Source: Sandaracinaceae bacterium
Lineage (GTDB): Bacteria > Myxococcota_A > Polyangia > Polyangiales > JADJQN01
Direction: 5' to 3'
Assembly: GCA_947483975.1 (NCBI GenBank)
Contig: CANKOL010000012.1
Location: forward strand, 1-33,906
DNA length: 33,906 nucleotides
Shown here: positions 1 to 11,800 of the stretch, piece after piece
Layout of the letters: each line of letters begins with the position of its first letter
Numbering within the stretch: position 1 is the first letter of the stretch
The notes under the pieces: model-generated
Seen by the model: the letters and a program-made list of their open reading frames with translations, nothing else
Databases searched by the model: none
What the model was told of the DNA's origin: nothing
Program-made: the position numbers and the translations under genes

Positions 1-1
1 C

Positions 2-589
2 GGCGGCGTCGGGGTGCTCGGCGTCGGGACGAGCGGGGCGGCGGGCGTCAGCGCTTGCGCCTGCGGCGGCCAAGGCGCCCCGGGAGGCGCCGGCTCGAGC
101 GGAACAGCCGGACTCGCAGGCGCGGGTGGCCGCTATGGTGGCGGGGGCGGCTCGGAGAACGCCGGTCAGGGCGCTGTCCGCGTGATGTGGGGCGGCGGCC
201 GGACGTTCCCGTCGGGCGGCGCGACGCTCCTGTATCACGGCTATGCCGACCCCGGCCTCGCGGGCTGCGTCATCACTAGCTACAACGCGACCGCCGCGAC
301 GAACCTCGGCGGCAGCTACCCGTACAACGCGGGCGACAGCATCATCTGCCGCGCCTGGAAGCTCGCCGCGACGGTCTGCACGACGGCGCCCGTGGGCTAC
401 GGCTACGTGCCGCCAGGCAACTGGTCCTGCCCGAATTCGGGCGGCTTCACCGACCCCACCTTCGGAACCTACTGCGCCGTCGCCAACCAGTACTCCTGCT
501 CGGACTGCTACGGCGCGTGCAACGCCGTGTGCACCTACAACCCACTGTCGCTCCGCAACTGCGCGGGCTCCGAAGCCAGCCAGCCGTAG
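2..589 (+). CDS. Glycine-rich protein with a Cys-rich C-terminal domain (5'-partial, runs in from the left edge); probably extracellular
   Basis: Frame is open from position 2 to TAG at 587-589 with GC3-biased codons. A Gly-rich tract ends in GQGAVRVMWGGGRTFPS, followed by a ~110-aa domain containing 10 Cys. Confidence 0.75.
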   Translation, partial: GGVGVLGVGTSGAAGVSACACGGQGAPGGAGSSGTAGLAGAGGRYGGGGGSENAGQGAVRVMWGGGRTFPSGGATLLYHGYADPGLAGCVITSYNATAATNLGGSYPYNAGDSIICRAWKLAATVCTTAPVGYGYVPPGNWSCPNSGGFTDPTFGTYCAVANQYSCSDCYGACNAVCTYNPLSLRNCAGSEASQP

Positions 590-694
590 CGCGCTCCCGA
601 GCACGCGCTCAGCGACCGCGCTCGTCCCGGGAGCGCGGCGCCGGATCTCGGCTTCCTTGACGGCGGGCGCGCCCGTGCCGCACGTTGGGGGCAC

Positions 695-1768
695 GTGCCC
701 GGTCGTCTCGCTGCCCCCCTGCTCGTCGCCGCCACGCTGCTCGGCGTGCTCCTGTCGCCGAGCGGCAGCGTGGTCGCGCAGGACGTCCCTGCGGCGGACG
801 CGCCGACGCCCGTCGTGGACCTGCTGGCCGGTCGGACGATCACCTCGGCCCCCGAACGCCCGGCCGACCTCGTCGTGATCGTCAGCATCGATGGGCTCCG
901 CGCCGACGCGATCGCGCCGGCGTTGAACGCGTTCGCGATGCTGCGCAGGCGCGGCGTGAGCGCCGACGCGGCGTCGACGATCCGGCGCTCGACGACGCTC
1001 GCCTCGCACGCGTCGATGCTCTCCGGCGTGGACGTGGACGCGCACGGGATGACGTGGAACGCGTGGCGCCCCGAGCGCGGGCGCGTCCACTTCCCGACGG
1101 TGCTGCAGGTCGCGGCCCGCGCGGGGCTGCCTGCCGCCATGTTCGTGGGCAAGAACAAGCTGCGGCACCTCGTGGCCGAGGACGACCCCGGCGTCGCCTT
1201 CACCGTCAACGGGCGGGGCTGCGGGAGCGTCGTCGACCGCGCGACGCCTTGGCTGCGTGACACGGCCGCAGGCGTCGCCCTACTCCACTTCGCCGGGCCG
1301 GACGGCGCAGGTCACCGGCGCGGCTGGATGTCGCCCGCGTACCAAACGGCTGTGGCGGACGCCGACGCGTGCCTGCAGCGGGTCATCGACGACCTACGGG
1401 CGCGCCCGACAGGGCTGCAGCATGTGCTGCTCCTCGTGACCGCCGACCATGGCGGGCACGGTCGGAGCCACGGTACGGCGCTCGACGTCGACCGCCACAT
1501 CCCGTGGTTCGCCTGGGGCGGCGCCGCTGCGCGCGCGCAGACGATCACTCGACCTGTCAGCACGATGGACACTGCCGCCACGGTGCTCGCGGCGCTCGGC
1601 CTGCCGCAGACCCCGGGCATCGTCGGTCGGCCAGTGACGGAAGCACTGCGCCCGCGCAATGCCGTCGTGGCAGGCGCGGGCGCCGCTCGTCCCACCGGTA
1701 GGCCGAGCGCTCGGCGCGGCGGAGCGCTCGGCCGTGTGGCCCGCGCTCCAACACGCTCGAGTCAGTGA
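695..1768 (+). CDS. Alkaline phosphatase superfamily / nucleotide pyrophosphatase-phosphodiesterase family protein, secreted
   Basis: Motifs VSIDGLRAD, TTLASHASMLSG (Thr nucleophile region), PDGAGH, TADHGGHG and STMDTAATV; hydrophobic N-terminal signal peptide ending ...SVVA|QD. Confidence 0.88.
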   Translation: MPGRLAAPLLVAATLLGVLLSPSGSVVAQDVPAADAPTPVVDLLAGRTITSAPERPADLVVIVSIDGLRADAIAPALNAFAMLRRRGVSADAASTIRRSTTLASHASMLSGVDVDAHGMTWNAWRPERGRVHFPTVLQVAARAGLPAAMFVGKNKLRHLVAEDDPGVAFTVNGRGCGSVVDRATPWLRDTAAGVALLHFAGPDGAGHRRGWMSPAYQTAVADADACLQRVIDDLRARPTGLQHVLLLVTADHGGHGRSHGTALDVDRHIPWFAWGGAAARAQTITRPVSTMDTAATVLAALGLPQTPGIVGRPVTEALRPRNAVVAGAGAARPTGRPSARRGGALGRVARAPTRSSQ

Positions 1769-1772
1769 TCGC

Positions 1773-1913
1773 CTACTTGGTGGCGGCCGTCTTCTCGAGG
1801 TGAATCGGGAACTTCGGCGTGCCCGCCTTCGCGCGCGCCTTCTTGTTGTCCCGTCCGAGCTTGGTCGTCTTCGCCTCGCGGCGGTTCCACGTCATCTTGG
1901 TGTTCGAAACCAT
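1773..1913 (-). CDS. Small basic hypothetical protein (46 aa, MVSNTKMTWNRREAKTTKLGRDNKKARAKAGTPKFPIHLEKTAATK)
   Basis: ATG at 1913 preceded by an SD-like AAGGGAG; TAG at 1773-1775; GC3-biased Lys/Arg-rich codons; fills the gap 25 nt downstream of the aminotransferase. Confidence 0.75.
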   Translation of the reverse strand: MVSNTKMTWNRREAKTTKLGRDNKKARAKAGTPKFPIHLEKTAATK

Positions 1914-1938
1914 CGGCGTCTCCCTTGGGACGCGCTGT

Positions 1939-2835
1939 TTAGCCCACTGGGTCCCGTAGCGCAACGCTCATCGCGTGCGCCGTCAGCCGAGCGCGCAGGC
2001 ACACCGCGAGCGGCCCAGGCACGCCGGCGCCGATCGGCGCACCGTCGGCGACGACCACCGGCATCACGCCGCGGACGGCGCTGAGCAACATCACCTCGTC
2101 TGCGTCGTATATATCGCGTGGCGTGAGCATCCGCGCCTCGACGCGCAGCCCGTCCGTGCGGGCGAGCGCGGCGACCGTCGCCCACGTGATGCCGGGCAGC
2201 ACGCCGGCGCTGAGCGGTGGACTTTGGAGCACGCCGCCGCGCGCCACGACGATCGTGCTGGTCGCGCCCTCGAGGACCTCGCCGCTGTCCGTCACGAGCA
2301 GCGCGTCGTCCGCACCCCGGCTGCGCGCGATCTCGAGCGCGAGCGCCTGCCGTAAATAGGCGAGCGCCTTGCTGCCGGCGAGCCCCGTCGCGTCCCTGCC
2401 ATGGGCGGCGGCGACGAGCGACGCCGTCACGCCGCGCGCGTACTCCGCCTCGGTCGGCAGCCGCAGAGGCGACACCACGACGATCCGCCGTGCCCGCTCG
2501 TCGCCGCGAATCCGCGGTCCCGCGCCGCCCTCGCCTCGCGTCACGAGCACCCGCACATGGCTCTCTGGACGCCCCGCGAGCGCGAGCGCCGCGCGCACCT
2601 CGCCGTCGAGCACGTCGAGCCCGACGGGGAGCGCCAAACGCGCCGTCGCGCAGCCGAGCGCGAGCCGTTCGAGGTGGTCCTCGAGGCGGAACGGCGCGCC
2701 GCCGTAGGTGCGGAGCACCTCGAAGACGCCGTCCCCATGCAGGAGGCCGCGATCGAGCACGCTCACGCGCGCGGCGGGGTCGTCAGAGGGTACGGCGCGC
2801 CCGCCGTCGATCGACACGAGCGTGCCCATCGACAC
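1939..2835 (-). CDS. PLP-dependent class IV aminotransferase (BCAT / D-amino acid aminotransferase / ADC lyase family)
   Basis: Motifs DRGLLHGDGVFEVLR, HLERL, RVLVTRG, SKALAY (PLP Lys), EGATST and LPGIT; GTG start with GGAG upstream, 11 nt after the TPR gene stop. Confidence 0.9.
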   Translation of the reverse strand: MSMGTLVSIDGGRAVPSDDPAARVSVLDRGLLHGDGVFEVLRTYGGAPFRLEDHLERLALGCATARLALPVGLDVLDGEVRAALALAGRPESHVRVLVTRGEGGAGPRIRGDERARRIVVVSPLRLPTEAEYARGVTASLVAAAHGRDATGLAGSKALAYLRQALALEIARSRGADDALLVTDSGEVLEGATSTIVVARGGVLQSPPLSAGVLPGITWATVAALARTDGLRVEARMLTPRDIYDADEVMLLSAVRGVMPVVVADGAPIGAGVPGPLAVCLRARLTAHAMSVALRDPVG

Positions 2836-2846
2836 GAGCGCTCCGC

Positions 2847-5800
2847 TCAGGACTTGAGCGAGGTGAGCAGCGCGGCGGCTGCCTGGTTCGACTTGTCCTC
2901 GGCGAGCGCACGCTCGAGCATGCTGATCGCCTTCGGCTTGTCGCCCTGCTTGGCGCAGATGTCGCCGAGGTAGAAGTAGACCTCGCCCTTCGTGATGCCC
3001 GAATTCGCGTCGAGCTTCTGGAGGAGGAGCGCGCGGAAGGTCTTCTGTGCGCGGTCGAAGTCGCCCGTGGAGTGCGTCAGGCGCCCAAGATCGCGCAAGA
3101 TCGGCACGCTCGTCAGGTCCACCTTGAACGCGGCATCGAGCTGCGCGAGCGCGCCCGCCTGATCACCCATGCCCTCGAGGGCGAGGCCGAGGCGATGGTG
3201 ATACTGCGCCACCTCCTTGACTCGCTTGCCGCCGAAGGACGCGATGATCTTCTCGAGCACCGGCACCGCGTCCGCCGCGCGCCCCGCCGCCACGTAGAGA
3301 TCACAGAGGGGCAGGAGCACACCACGGTCCTCCGGGGTGAGCTGCGCGGCCTGCTCGAAGTAGGTCGCCGCGCGCCCGGGGTCGGCGAGCTTTGTCTCGT
3401 AGATCGAGGCGATGCGCTTGAGCAGCGCGCCGCGCGCGGTCGTCTCGGTGACCCCGTCGAGCTCCTGCGCCAGCATCTCCGCGAGGCGATCGAAGCGCGC
3501 GTGCTTCTCGTAGAACGCCTTGAGGCGCTCGCGCGTGTCGGGCTCGTTCGCCGCCTCGAGCGCACGCCGAAGCGCGCCCTCCGCGCGGTCCGGGTCGCCG
3601 AGCTGTGCCTCCGCGATGTCCGCGAGGCGGTGCGCGCTCTCGACCGTGTCGACGCCAGAGCGAAGCACGAGCAGGCGCTCCAGCGCGTCGGCGATGCGCG
3701 GGTAGTCCTTCGCGGCCTCGTGCAGTCGCACGAGGGAAGCGAGGGCGCGGGTGTCTTCGGGCCGGCGCTCGAGGATGCGCTCGTAGGCTTCGACGGCCTT
3801 CCCGGAATCGTGGAGATGCTTCTCCTGAACATCCGCGAGGCGACCGAGGGCCGCGATCTCCCCCACAGCGTCGCCGTCAGCCGTCGCGTCCTCGATGCGG
3901 CGATCGAGCATGGCGACGACGTCCGCGAAGCGACCGTCCGCCCCGAGCAGACGCTCGAGTTCGTCGAGCGCCTCGCCGTTCTTCGGCTCCTCGTCGAGGA
4001 TCTCCTGCAGCTGAGCCATCGCCTCGGCGCGCTTGCCGAAGCTCTTCTCCATCAGGCGGGCGAGACGTACTCGAGCCGCGATGCGCTGCGAGGGAGTCTC
4101 CGCGGCATCGAGGCGTCGCTCGAGGATCTCGCGCAGATCCTCCCAAGCCGAGCGCCCCTCGTAGATGGCCTCGAGAGCGGACATCGCGTCCGTGTCGCTC
4201 GGCTGCTCGTCGAGGACGCCGCGGAAGGCAGCGATCGCCGCGTCGAGGTTGCTGAGATGCTCCCGCTGGATCTGACCGATGCGGTGCCGCGACGCGATGC
4301 GTAGCGTCGGCTCCGGCTCGGCGTCGACGCGGCGCTCGAGCAACTCGACGACATCCTGCCAGCGCCCCGCTGCCTCGCGCAGGCGCGTCAGGTCGTCGAG
4401 CGCGACGAGGTCGCTCCCGTCGATCGCGAGAATGGCCTCGTGACACGCCGCCGCGATGGACACGTCGCCCATCACGAACTCCGCGAGCCGCGCGGCCTCG
4501 CGCAGCCGCTCGCGGCGCGCCACGTCGTCGTGCTCTACCTCGGCCCAAGCCCGCAGCGCACTGACGAGCTCCGGCTCGCGCCCGGGACCACGCAGCACTT
4601 CGGCGAGCTGTTCGTGGGCCTCGTGCGTGTCGGCGTCGGCAGCGATCGCGGCCCGCAGCTGCTGCTCTGCGGCGACGACGTCGCCGAGCGCCTCTCGGTA
4701 CCAATGCGCGGCGCGGAGATGCAGGTCGCGCCTCACGCTGCGGTCGAGGTCGCCGTCGGCGGTCACCTTCTCGACGAGGCCGCGGAGCGCCTCCCAAGAG
4801 CCGACCACGGGCGCGAGCCGCTCGAGCTCTCCGAGCAGCGCCTCGTCGCGCGGATCGAGCTCGAACGCCTGTCGATAGGCCGTCAGCGCGCGCTCCGGGC
4901 GTCCGAGTTCCTGCTCCCAGAGCTGTGCGGCCTCTTGCAGGAAGCGCACGCGGTCGCTCGACGTGTCCGCCAAGCGAATGCGGACGTCGTAGAGCGCAGC
5001 GACCTTCTCGAGCGCGCCGGTCTGCCGGTAGACGCCGTCGAGCACGTCGATGAGCTCTCCTGCGAGCGAGTCGTCGCCGAGCAAGCGCTCGAGCGCAGCC
5101 GTCGCGCGCGGGTCGGTCGGGTCCCGGTCGACGACGTCACGATAGGCCTGCAGCGCCCCTCGACGGTCCCCGAAGTGCTGCTCCTTGAGCTCACCGAGCC
5201 GGATCGAGAGCACCGCCGAGGCCGACGGATCGGACGCCAGCTGAATGCGCCGCTCGAGCACATCCGCAAGCTCGTTGGCGCCCTGCGTCTTGACGTACAG
5301 ACGGTCGAGCGCGGCGAGGGTCTCTTCGTCGTCGCCCGCCTGCTCAGCGGCCCTTCGATAGGCCTCGATCGCACGCGCGTCGTCGCCGAGGCGATTCTCG
5401 GCCACGTTGGCGAGGCGAAGGTAGAGAGCGCGCGCGTGCACTGGGTCGAGCGCGGACGACGCCCGCGCGGCGAAGGCGTCGGCGACGCGGTCCCAGGCGT
5501 TGAGAACGACCGCGAGACGCTCGAGCTGGTCCGCGATGTCTGCGTCGGACGGGTCCTCCGCGAGCGCACGCCGGTATGCGTCGAAGGCCGCCGCGCGGTC
5601 TCCCCTGCCCTGCTCGTGCACCTCGGCGAGGCGCCGCAGCTCATCGCGCTTGGCGAGGTTGTCGCTCGTGCCTTCGACGGTGCGCTCGAGCAGCTCCGCG
5701 AGCTCGTCGTGGCGCCCTTGCTCTCGGAGCAGCGGCTCGAGGACCTCGGCTGCGGCCGCGCGATGGTCTTCGAGCTTCGTGATCCGCAGCAGCGCCGCGA

Positions 5801-8800
5801 GCGGCGCCTCGAGGCGCGGCGCGATCAGCAGCGCCTCTCGGTACATGCCGATCGCCTCGCTGACGTCATCCAGGTCGCGCTCGAGGACCTCGCCGCCGCG
5901 GTGCAGAAGCTGCGCCCGCGCCATCGAGTCCTGAGCCATGCCGGCCTGCAAGCGCAGGTTCTCGAGCAGCTCGGTCCACAGCCCCTGCCGCTCGTACAGC
6001 CGCGCGAGCGCGAGCACTGCGGTGCCGTCCCCCGGACGGTCGGCGAGCACACGCTCGTACGCCGCGGTCGCCTCGCTCGGCTGCCGAAGATGCTCCTCGG
6101 CGAGCACGCCGAGCCGCAGATTCGAGTCGATGCGCACGTCCGCGTCCTGCGACAGCTCAGCCCGGCGGCGCAAGGTCGCCGCGAGATTCTCGGCATCGCC
6201 CGACATCGCGTAGAGGCGGTCGAGCGACTCGAGCGCGACCTCGTCGGTGTCGTCCTCCGACACCGCGCGCCGATAGGCGTCGATCGCCCCGGCCCGGTCG
6301 GAGAGCAGCTCCTCGAGCACGGAGCCAGCCCGGCGCAGCAGCTCGCCGCGCTCGGCGGCGTCGTAGCTGCGCTCGCACTTGCGGCGCAGCACCTCGACCA
6401 GTCCGCGCCAGTCTCCGACCATCGTGTGCAACGCCTCGAGCGCGTCGAGCGGCGTCGGGTCGGACTCGTCCTGCTCGAGCAAGCGCTCGTAGGTGAGGAT
6501 CGCGCTGCGCGGGTCGCCGCGCTTCTCGTCGTGCACGCGCGCGATGGTCGCGAGCAGCAGCGAGATGATCGCGGGCTCCGTCGTCGCGGCGAGCGCCTCC
6601 TCGTAGGCGGCGACGTGATCGTCCCAAGCGTCGAGCACGTTCGCGAGCCGGTCGAGCTCCGCGCGCACGGCCTCGTCGCTCGGGTCGAGCGGGAAAGCCC
6701 GGGCCCAAGCGTGGAAGGCGAGCGCGGCGTCGCGCCCCTTTTGCTCGTGCAGCGCGGCGATCGCCGAGAGCACACGCGCGCGCTCGAACGGGTCCTCGAG
6801 CAGGGGGAGCTGCGCCTCGTAGACGGCGACCAGCTTGCGCCACTGGTCCGCCGCTCGGTAGATCGGCTCGAGGAGCTGGATGATGCGCAGCCGGTTTTCC
6901 TCGTCCTGGACGAGCGTCTCGAGCGCCCCGATGGTCGGCGCGTGCGTCGGAGACAGCTGCGTGATCTCCTCGTAGACGTCGATGGCCCCGGTCTTGTCGC
7001 CGAGCCGCGTAGCGAGCACCTCGCCGAGCCGGTACTTGAATTCGATCTCGCCGGGCGTGCCCGTGGCCTGGTCGATGCGCTGCCGCAGGAGGTCCGCGAC
7101 GTCCTGCCAGCGCTCGAGCTGCACGAGCAGCCGATCGAGCGCCGCGACGGCCGTAGCGTCGTTGGGGTCGACCTCCACGATCTCACGATAGACGCCGATG
7201 GCCTGCTCGAAGTCCTTCTTCTCGGCCTCGAGGGTGTGGGCGATCTTGTGGAGCAGCGCGACGCGTCGCTCTTCGCTCGGGGCGACGTCGACCTGCTCGC
7301 GCCAGAGCTTGAGCACGTCGTCGTGCGCCTTCTGCCGGAGGTACACGGACTCGAGCGCGCCGAACGCGATGGCGTCCGTGGGGTCGAAGCGCAGCGCGAG
7401 GCCGTAGTCCTTGGCCGCGCCCTTCAGGTCGCCCGTCTTCTCGTCGTGCAAGCGCCCGGCGTGCAGGGCGAGCTTCGCCATCAGCGGGTCATCGACGCCG
7501 CGCGCATCGAGGCGCTCATCGAAGATCTCGACGAGGCGCACGGGCTTCTCGAGGACGCGCGCGAGGCGCCCCAAGGTCTCCCAGACCGTCTCGTCGACAG
7601 GGTCCTCACGAAAGAGACGCGCGTACGTCTCGAGCGCCCCTTCGAGATCGTCGAGGTGCGTCTCGCAGTAGTCGCCGAGCCGGGAGAGCAGGTCCTTCCT
7701 CGCGTCGAGCTCCTGCTCGTGCGCGAGCCGCGCCTCGAGCGCCGCGATGACGTTCGGCCAGTCCATCGTCGACAGGAACACGGGCTCGAGGATCTCGGCC
7801 GCCTTCGCCTGCCACTCTCCCCCGCTCATCAGCGCTGAAAGCGCTGCGATCGAAGGCGCGTGCGCGTGGTCGACGCTGAGCGCGGCGCGAAAGCTCTCGA
7901 GAGCCGCCTCGGTGTCCCCGAGGCGCTCCATCCGCGCCTTGCCGAGCGCGTAGTGCGTCGTGACCTCGTGCCCCGCCTTGCGCTCGAGCTTGCGCTCGTA
8001 GAGCGACGCGAGGTCGCCCCAACGTTCGGCCTTCGCATAGAGGCGCTCGAGCCCGTCGTAGGCCTCGGCCTTGTCCGAGCTCTCGAGCACCTGTTCGTAG
8101 GCGTCGATCGACGCGGGAACGTCGTCGATGCGGGTCTCGCAGATCTCCGCTTGCCGCATCAGCAGCCAGAGGCGCGCGTCCGGGCTCGAGGCGAGCTCCG
8201 CCTTGCGCTTCAGCGTCTCGAGCAGCCCGCGCGCGTCCCCGGACTCTTCGTCGATCTCCTCGAGCGCATCGAGCGCAGCGCTGTCGTCCGGGCGCCCCTC
8301 GAGCACCTTGAGGAAGTACTGACGCGCGAGGTCCCGCTCGTTGAGGCGCGTGCGCGCCAGCGTAGCGATCTTCGCGTTCGTCTCGGTCTGGAGGTCACCG
8401 TCGGGGATCTCTGGCGCGATCTCCCGAAGGAGCGCGACCAGGTCGGCCCAACGCTCCGCGCTCGCGGCGAGCCGCTCGAGCTCTCGAAGCATCTCGGGCA
8501 GGTCCGCCTCGTTCAGGCCAACACGCACCGCGCGTCCGAGCAACTGGAAGGCGCGGACCGCGTCGCCGAGTCCCACATCGGCGACCTCCGACGCGCGCCG
8601 GAGCGCCCGCAGCTTCTCGAAGTCGTCGTCCGTCTCCGACGTGACCTCGAGCGCGGCGAGGAGCTTGTCGTACGCGCCCGACCCCTCGTAGCGCGGGACG
8701 AGCACCTTCGCTGCGGCGATGCGCTCGCTCAGCTCGGTCGCCGTGAGCAGTGCCTCGAGCGCCAACGTCGTGCCGGCGTGACTCGGGTCGAGGTCGAGGA

Positions 8801-11800
8801 CCTCTGCGTAGGCTTCGATCGCCCGGTCGCGGTCGTTGGTCCGCGTGCGCATCAGCTCGGCGGAGCGGAAGCGCGACGCGGCGCGCTCGTCGCCCGACGC
8901 GCCCTGCTGCGCGAGCAGTTCCTGCTCGAGGTCGAGCGTCTCGAGCAGCTCGCTCCAGCGCTCGGCCACCTCGTAGAGGCGGGCCAACGCCGAGAGCGTC
9001 TCGCGGTCCTGACCGAAGCTCGCGAGGACGTCGTTCCACGCGATGGTCGCGTTCTCCCGATCGTCCAGCTTCTCCTCGTAGAGCTTCGCGATGCGCTTGG
9101 CGATCTCGCGTCGGACGCCCTCGTCCGTCGTGACCCCGTCGCGCGCCTTGAGCGTCTGCACCAGCGCCTGCCAGCGCTCCGTCCGCTCGTAGAGGCGCTC
9201 GAGCGAGAGCATCGCGTCGACGTCTGCCGCGTCGTTCCCGAGGCGCTCGTCGTTGACCGCGATCGCGCCCTCGATGTCACCGAGCGACTCCTCGAGGAGC
9301 GTGCCGAGCCGCACGAGCAGCGTGCGCCGAGCGTCGCCATCACTCTCGAAGCGCGCCTGTCTCCGCAGGTCCTCGGCGAGCTTCGCCTGGTCGCCCTTCG
9401 CGAGGTGAATCGCCTCGAGCGCGCGGGACGCGAGGAGCACGGGCTCGGGGTTGTGCGGGTCCACCGCGATGAGCCGCTCATAAGCGCTCTCCGCGCGGTC
9501 GGTGTCCTGCAAGCGATCGAAGTAGACCGCCGCGATCTCGGCGAGGATCTCGCCCTGCAGTTGCGGCGAGTCGGTGAGCAGAATCGCCCGCTCGAGCACG
9601 TCCGCCCGCTGACGGTCTTGCCCGCGCATGACCGCGATACGGCCGAGTTCTTCACGAGCGGCCGAATCCGCCGGCTCCGCGAGCACGGCTCGCTCGAACG
9701 CGTTGAAGGCCTTGTCGAGGTCGTTGAGGCGCGCCTCTTGGATCTCGGCGATCCGCATCAGCAAGCCGACGCGAGAGCCAGGATCCTTCACCGCCTCGAG
9801 CTGAACCTCGAGCACACCGGTCAGGTCAGCCCAGTCGTAGCGACGCTCGTAGAGCGGCTCGAGCACGGCGGCGATGCGCTGCCGCTGCCCGGGCTCGACG
9901 AGTAGACGCTCGAGCGCGACGCGCGCGCGGTCGTTGCCCGGCTGCTCGAGGACCACCGCCTCGTACTGGTCGACGGCCGTCGCGGGCTCCGCGAGGTGTT
10001 GCTCGGCGAGCTCGCCGAGCTGCAGCGTGCGCTCGAGGCGCGCGTCTCCGGTCGAGCGATCGAGCTCGCCGCGAAGGAGGTCCGCGAGGTCGCGCCAGCG
10101 GGCAGTGCGGCGAAAGAGCCGCTCGAGCGCGGCGCGCGTCGGCTCGTCGTTGGGCTCGAGCTCGAGCACGTCCTGATAGGCGCGGATCGCGAGGAGGGGA
10201 TCGTCGAGCAGCTCCTCGAACAGGAAGCAGACCTGCATCAGGAGCTCGTACTTCGCCGGCGCGTCGACGGTCTGCGCGATGCGATTGCGGTAGAGGACCT
10301 GCAGGTCGTCCCAGCGCTCGCGGTTCGTGTAGAGCTCCTTCAGCGCGGCGAACGCTCGCTCATCGAGCGGATCGTGCGCGTAGGCGCGCTTGTGGAACGG
10401 CTCCGCCGCGTCGGGGCGACCGAGCACATCGTCGTAGAGGGCTGCGACGCGACGCGCGAGGTCCGCGGCGTCCGACTCGCCGAGCTGCCCCGTCTCGAGG
10501 GCCATCGTGTAGGCCGCCGCGAGCGACTCGTGCTGCTTCGCGGCTTCTGCCGCGCTCGCCAGCCTGTCCCAGAGATCCGGATCTGTCGGATTGTCGAGGA
10601 ACGCTGCCTCGAGCGCGCCATACGCGCCGGTCGCATCACCGAGCTTGCTGCTGCTGATCTCGGCGAGTCGGAGGCGCAACGCGCGACGCTCGACCTCGTC
10701 CTTCGTGCGCGTGAGCCGCCCCTCGAGCAGGCGCGCGAGCTTGTCGTACTTCCCGCTGCCCTCGTAGGCCGACTCGAGCAAGGCGAGCGCCTCGTCGCGC
10801 ACGGCTGCCGCGTCCTCGGTCTCGGCGGCGAGATGCGCGGCCACGATCTGCTCGAGGGCGTGCATCGCCTGCCCGTGCCCGGGCACCTGCGCGAGCACGT
10901 CGGCGAACGCGGCGACTGCGCCCTGGGCGTCGGCGAGGGGCCCGGCGAGCGTCTGCCCGAGGCGCACGACGAGCTCCGAGCGGAGCGCCGCGTCCTTGAC
11001 CGTATCGCGCCTCCGCCGGAGCACCTCGGCGAGCTCCTCGTGACGTCCGGCCGCGGTCGCGAGCCTGTCCAGCGCGGCGAGCGCGTCGACATCGGTGCCG
11101 TCGATCTCCAGCATCGCGCGGTAGCGAGAGGCCGCACCGTCCGCGTCACCGAGCGTGTGCTCTTCGAGCTTCGCGAGCTCCGCGAGGACCACGTACTGCT
11201 CGGTGGTGTCGCTGGTGTTCGCGATGCGCGAGAGGAGCAGCGCGCGCAGATCGGCGTGCCGCCCCTCGCCGCGCAGGATCCGCTCGAGCGAGGCGACCGC
11301 TTCGCCGTCGGTGGGATCCGCGTCGACGAGCGCGCGAAGCTGCTCGATGGCGAGCTCCGGCTTGCCCAGCTTCGTCTCGCCGAACGCAGCGATCCGACGG
11401 CGCAGCGAGCGCTGCTCGTCGGCCGTGGCGGCCTTGCCTTCGTCCTGCGCGATGCGGACCGAGTAGGCCTCGGCCAGCCGCTCCCACGCGCCTGCGCGCT
11501 CAGCCGCGAGCTCGAGACCGGCGCGCACTGCCGCGTCCTCGGGTGCGGCTCGGTAGGCCTCGAGCGCCCAATGGAAGCCGCGCTCCGGCTCACGCAGCTC
11601 ACCGAGGGAGAGGTCCCGCAAGCGCGCGAGGACCTCGAGCCGCTCGGCGACCGCGGACGACGGTGCGTCGGGCCCGACCGGAAGCGCCGCGAGCAGGACC
11701 TCGAGCAGCGCAGGAAGGCGCGGCCACTTCTGATCCTTCTCGTAGATCGCGATCAGAGCTCGCGCCGCGCGCTCGTTCGTCGGATCCGCGGTGAGCACGC

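Noticed and set aside
590..637. 10-bp inverted repeat (590-599 / 628-637) sharing an 8-mer with the repeat at 27177-27229, considered as a REP/MITE family
   Set aside because: The arms are in opposite order and the interiors are unrelated, and a GC-rich 8-mer match is expected by chance. It is probably just a 3' stem of the first gene.
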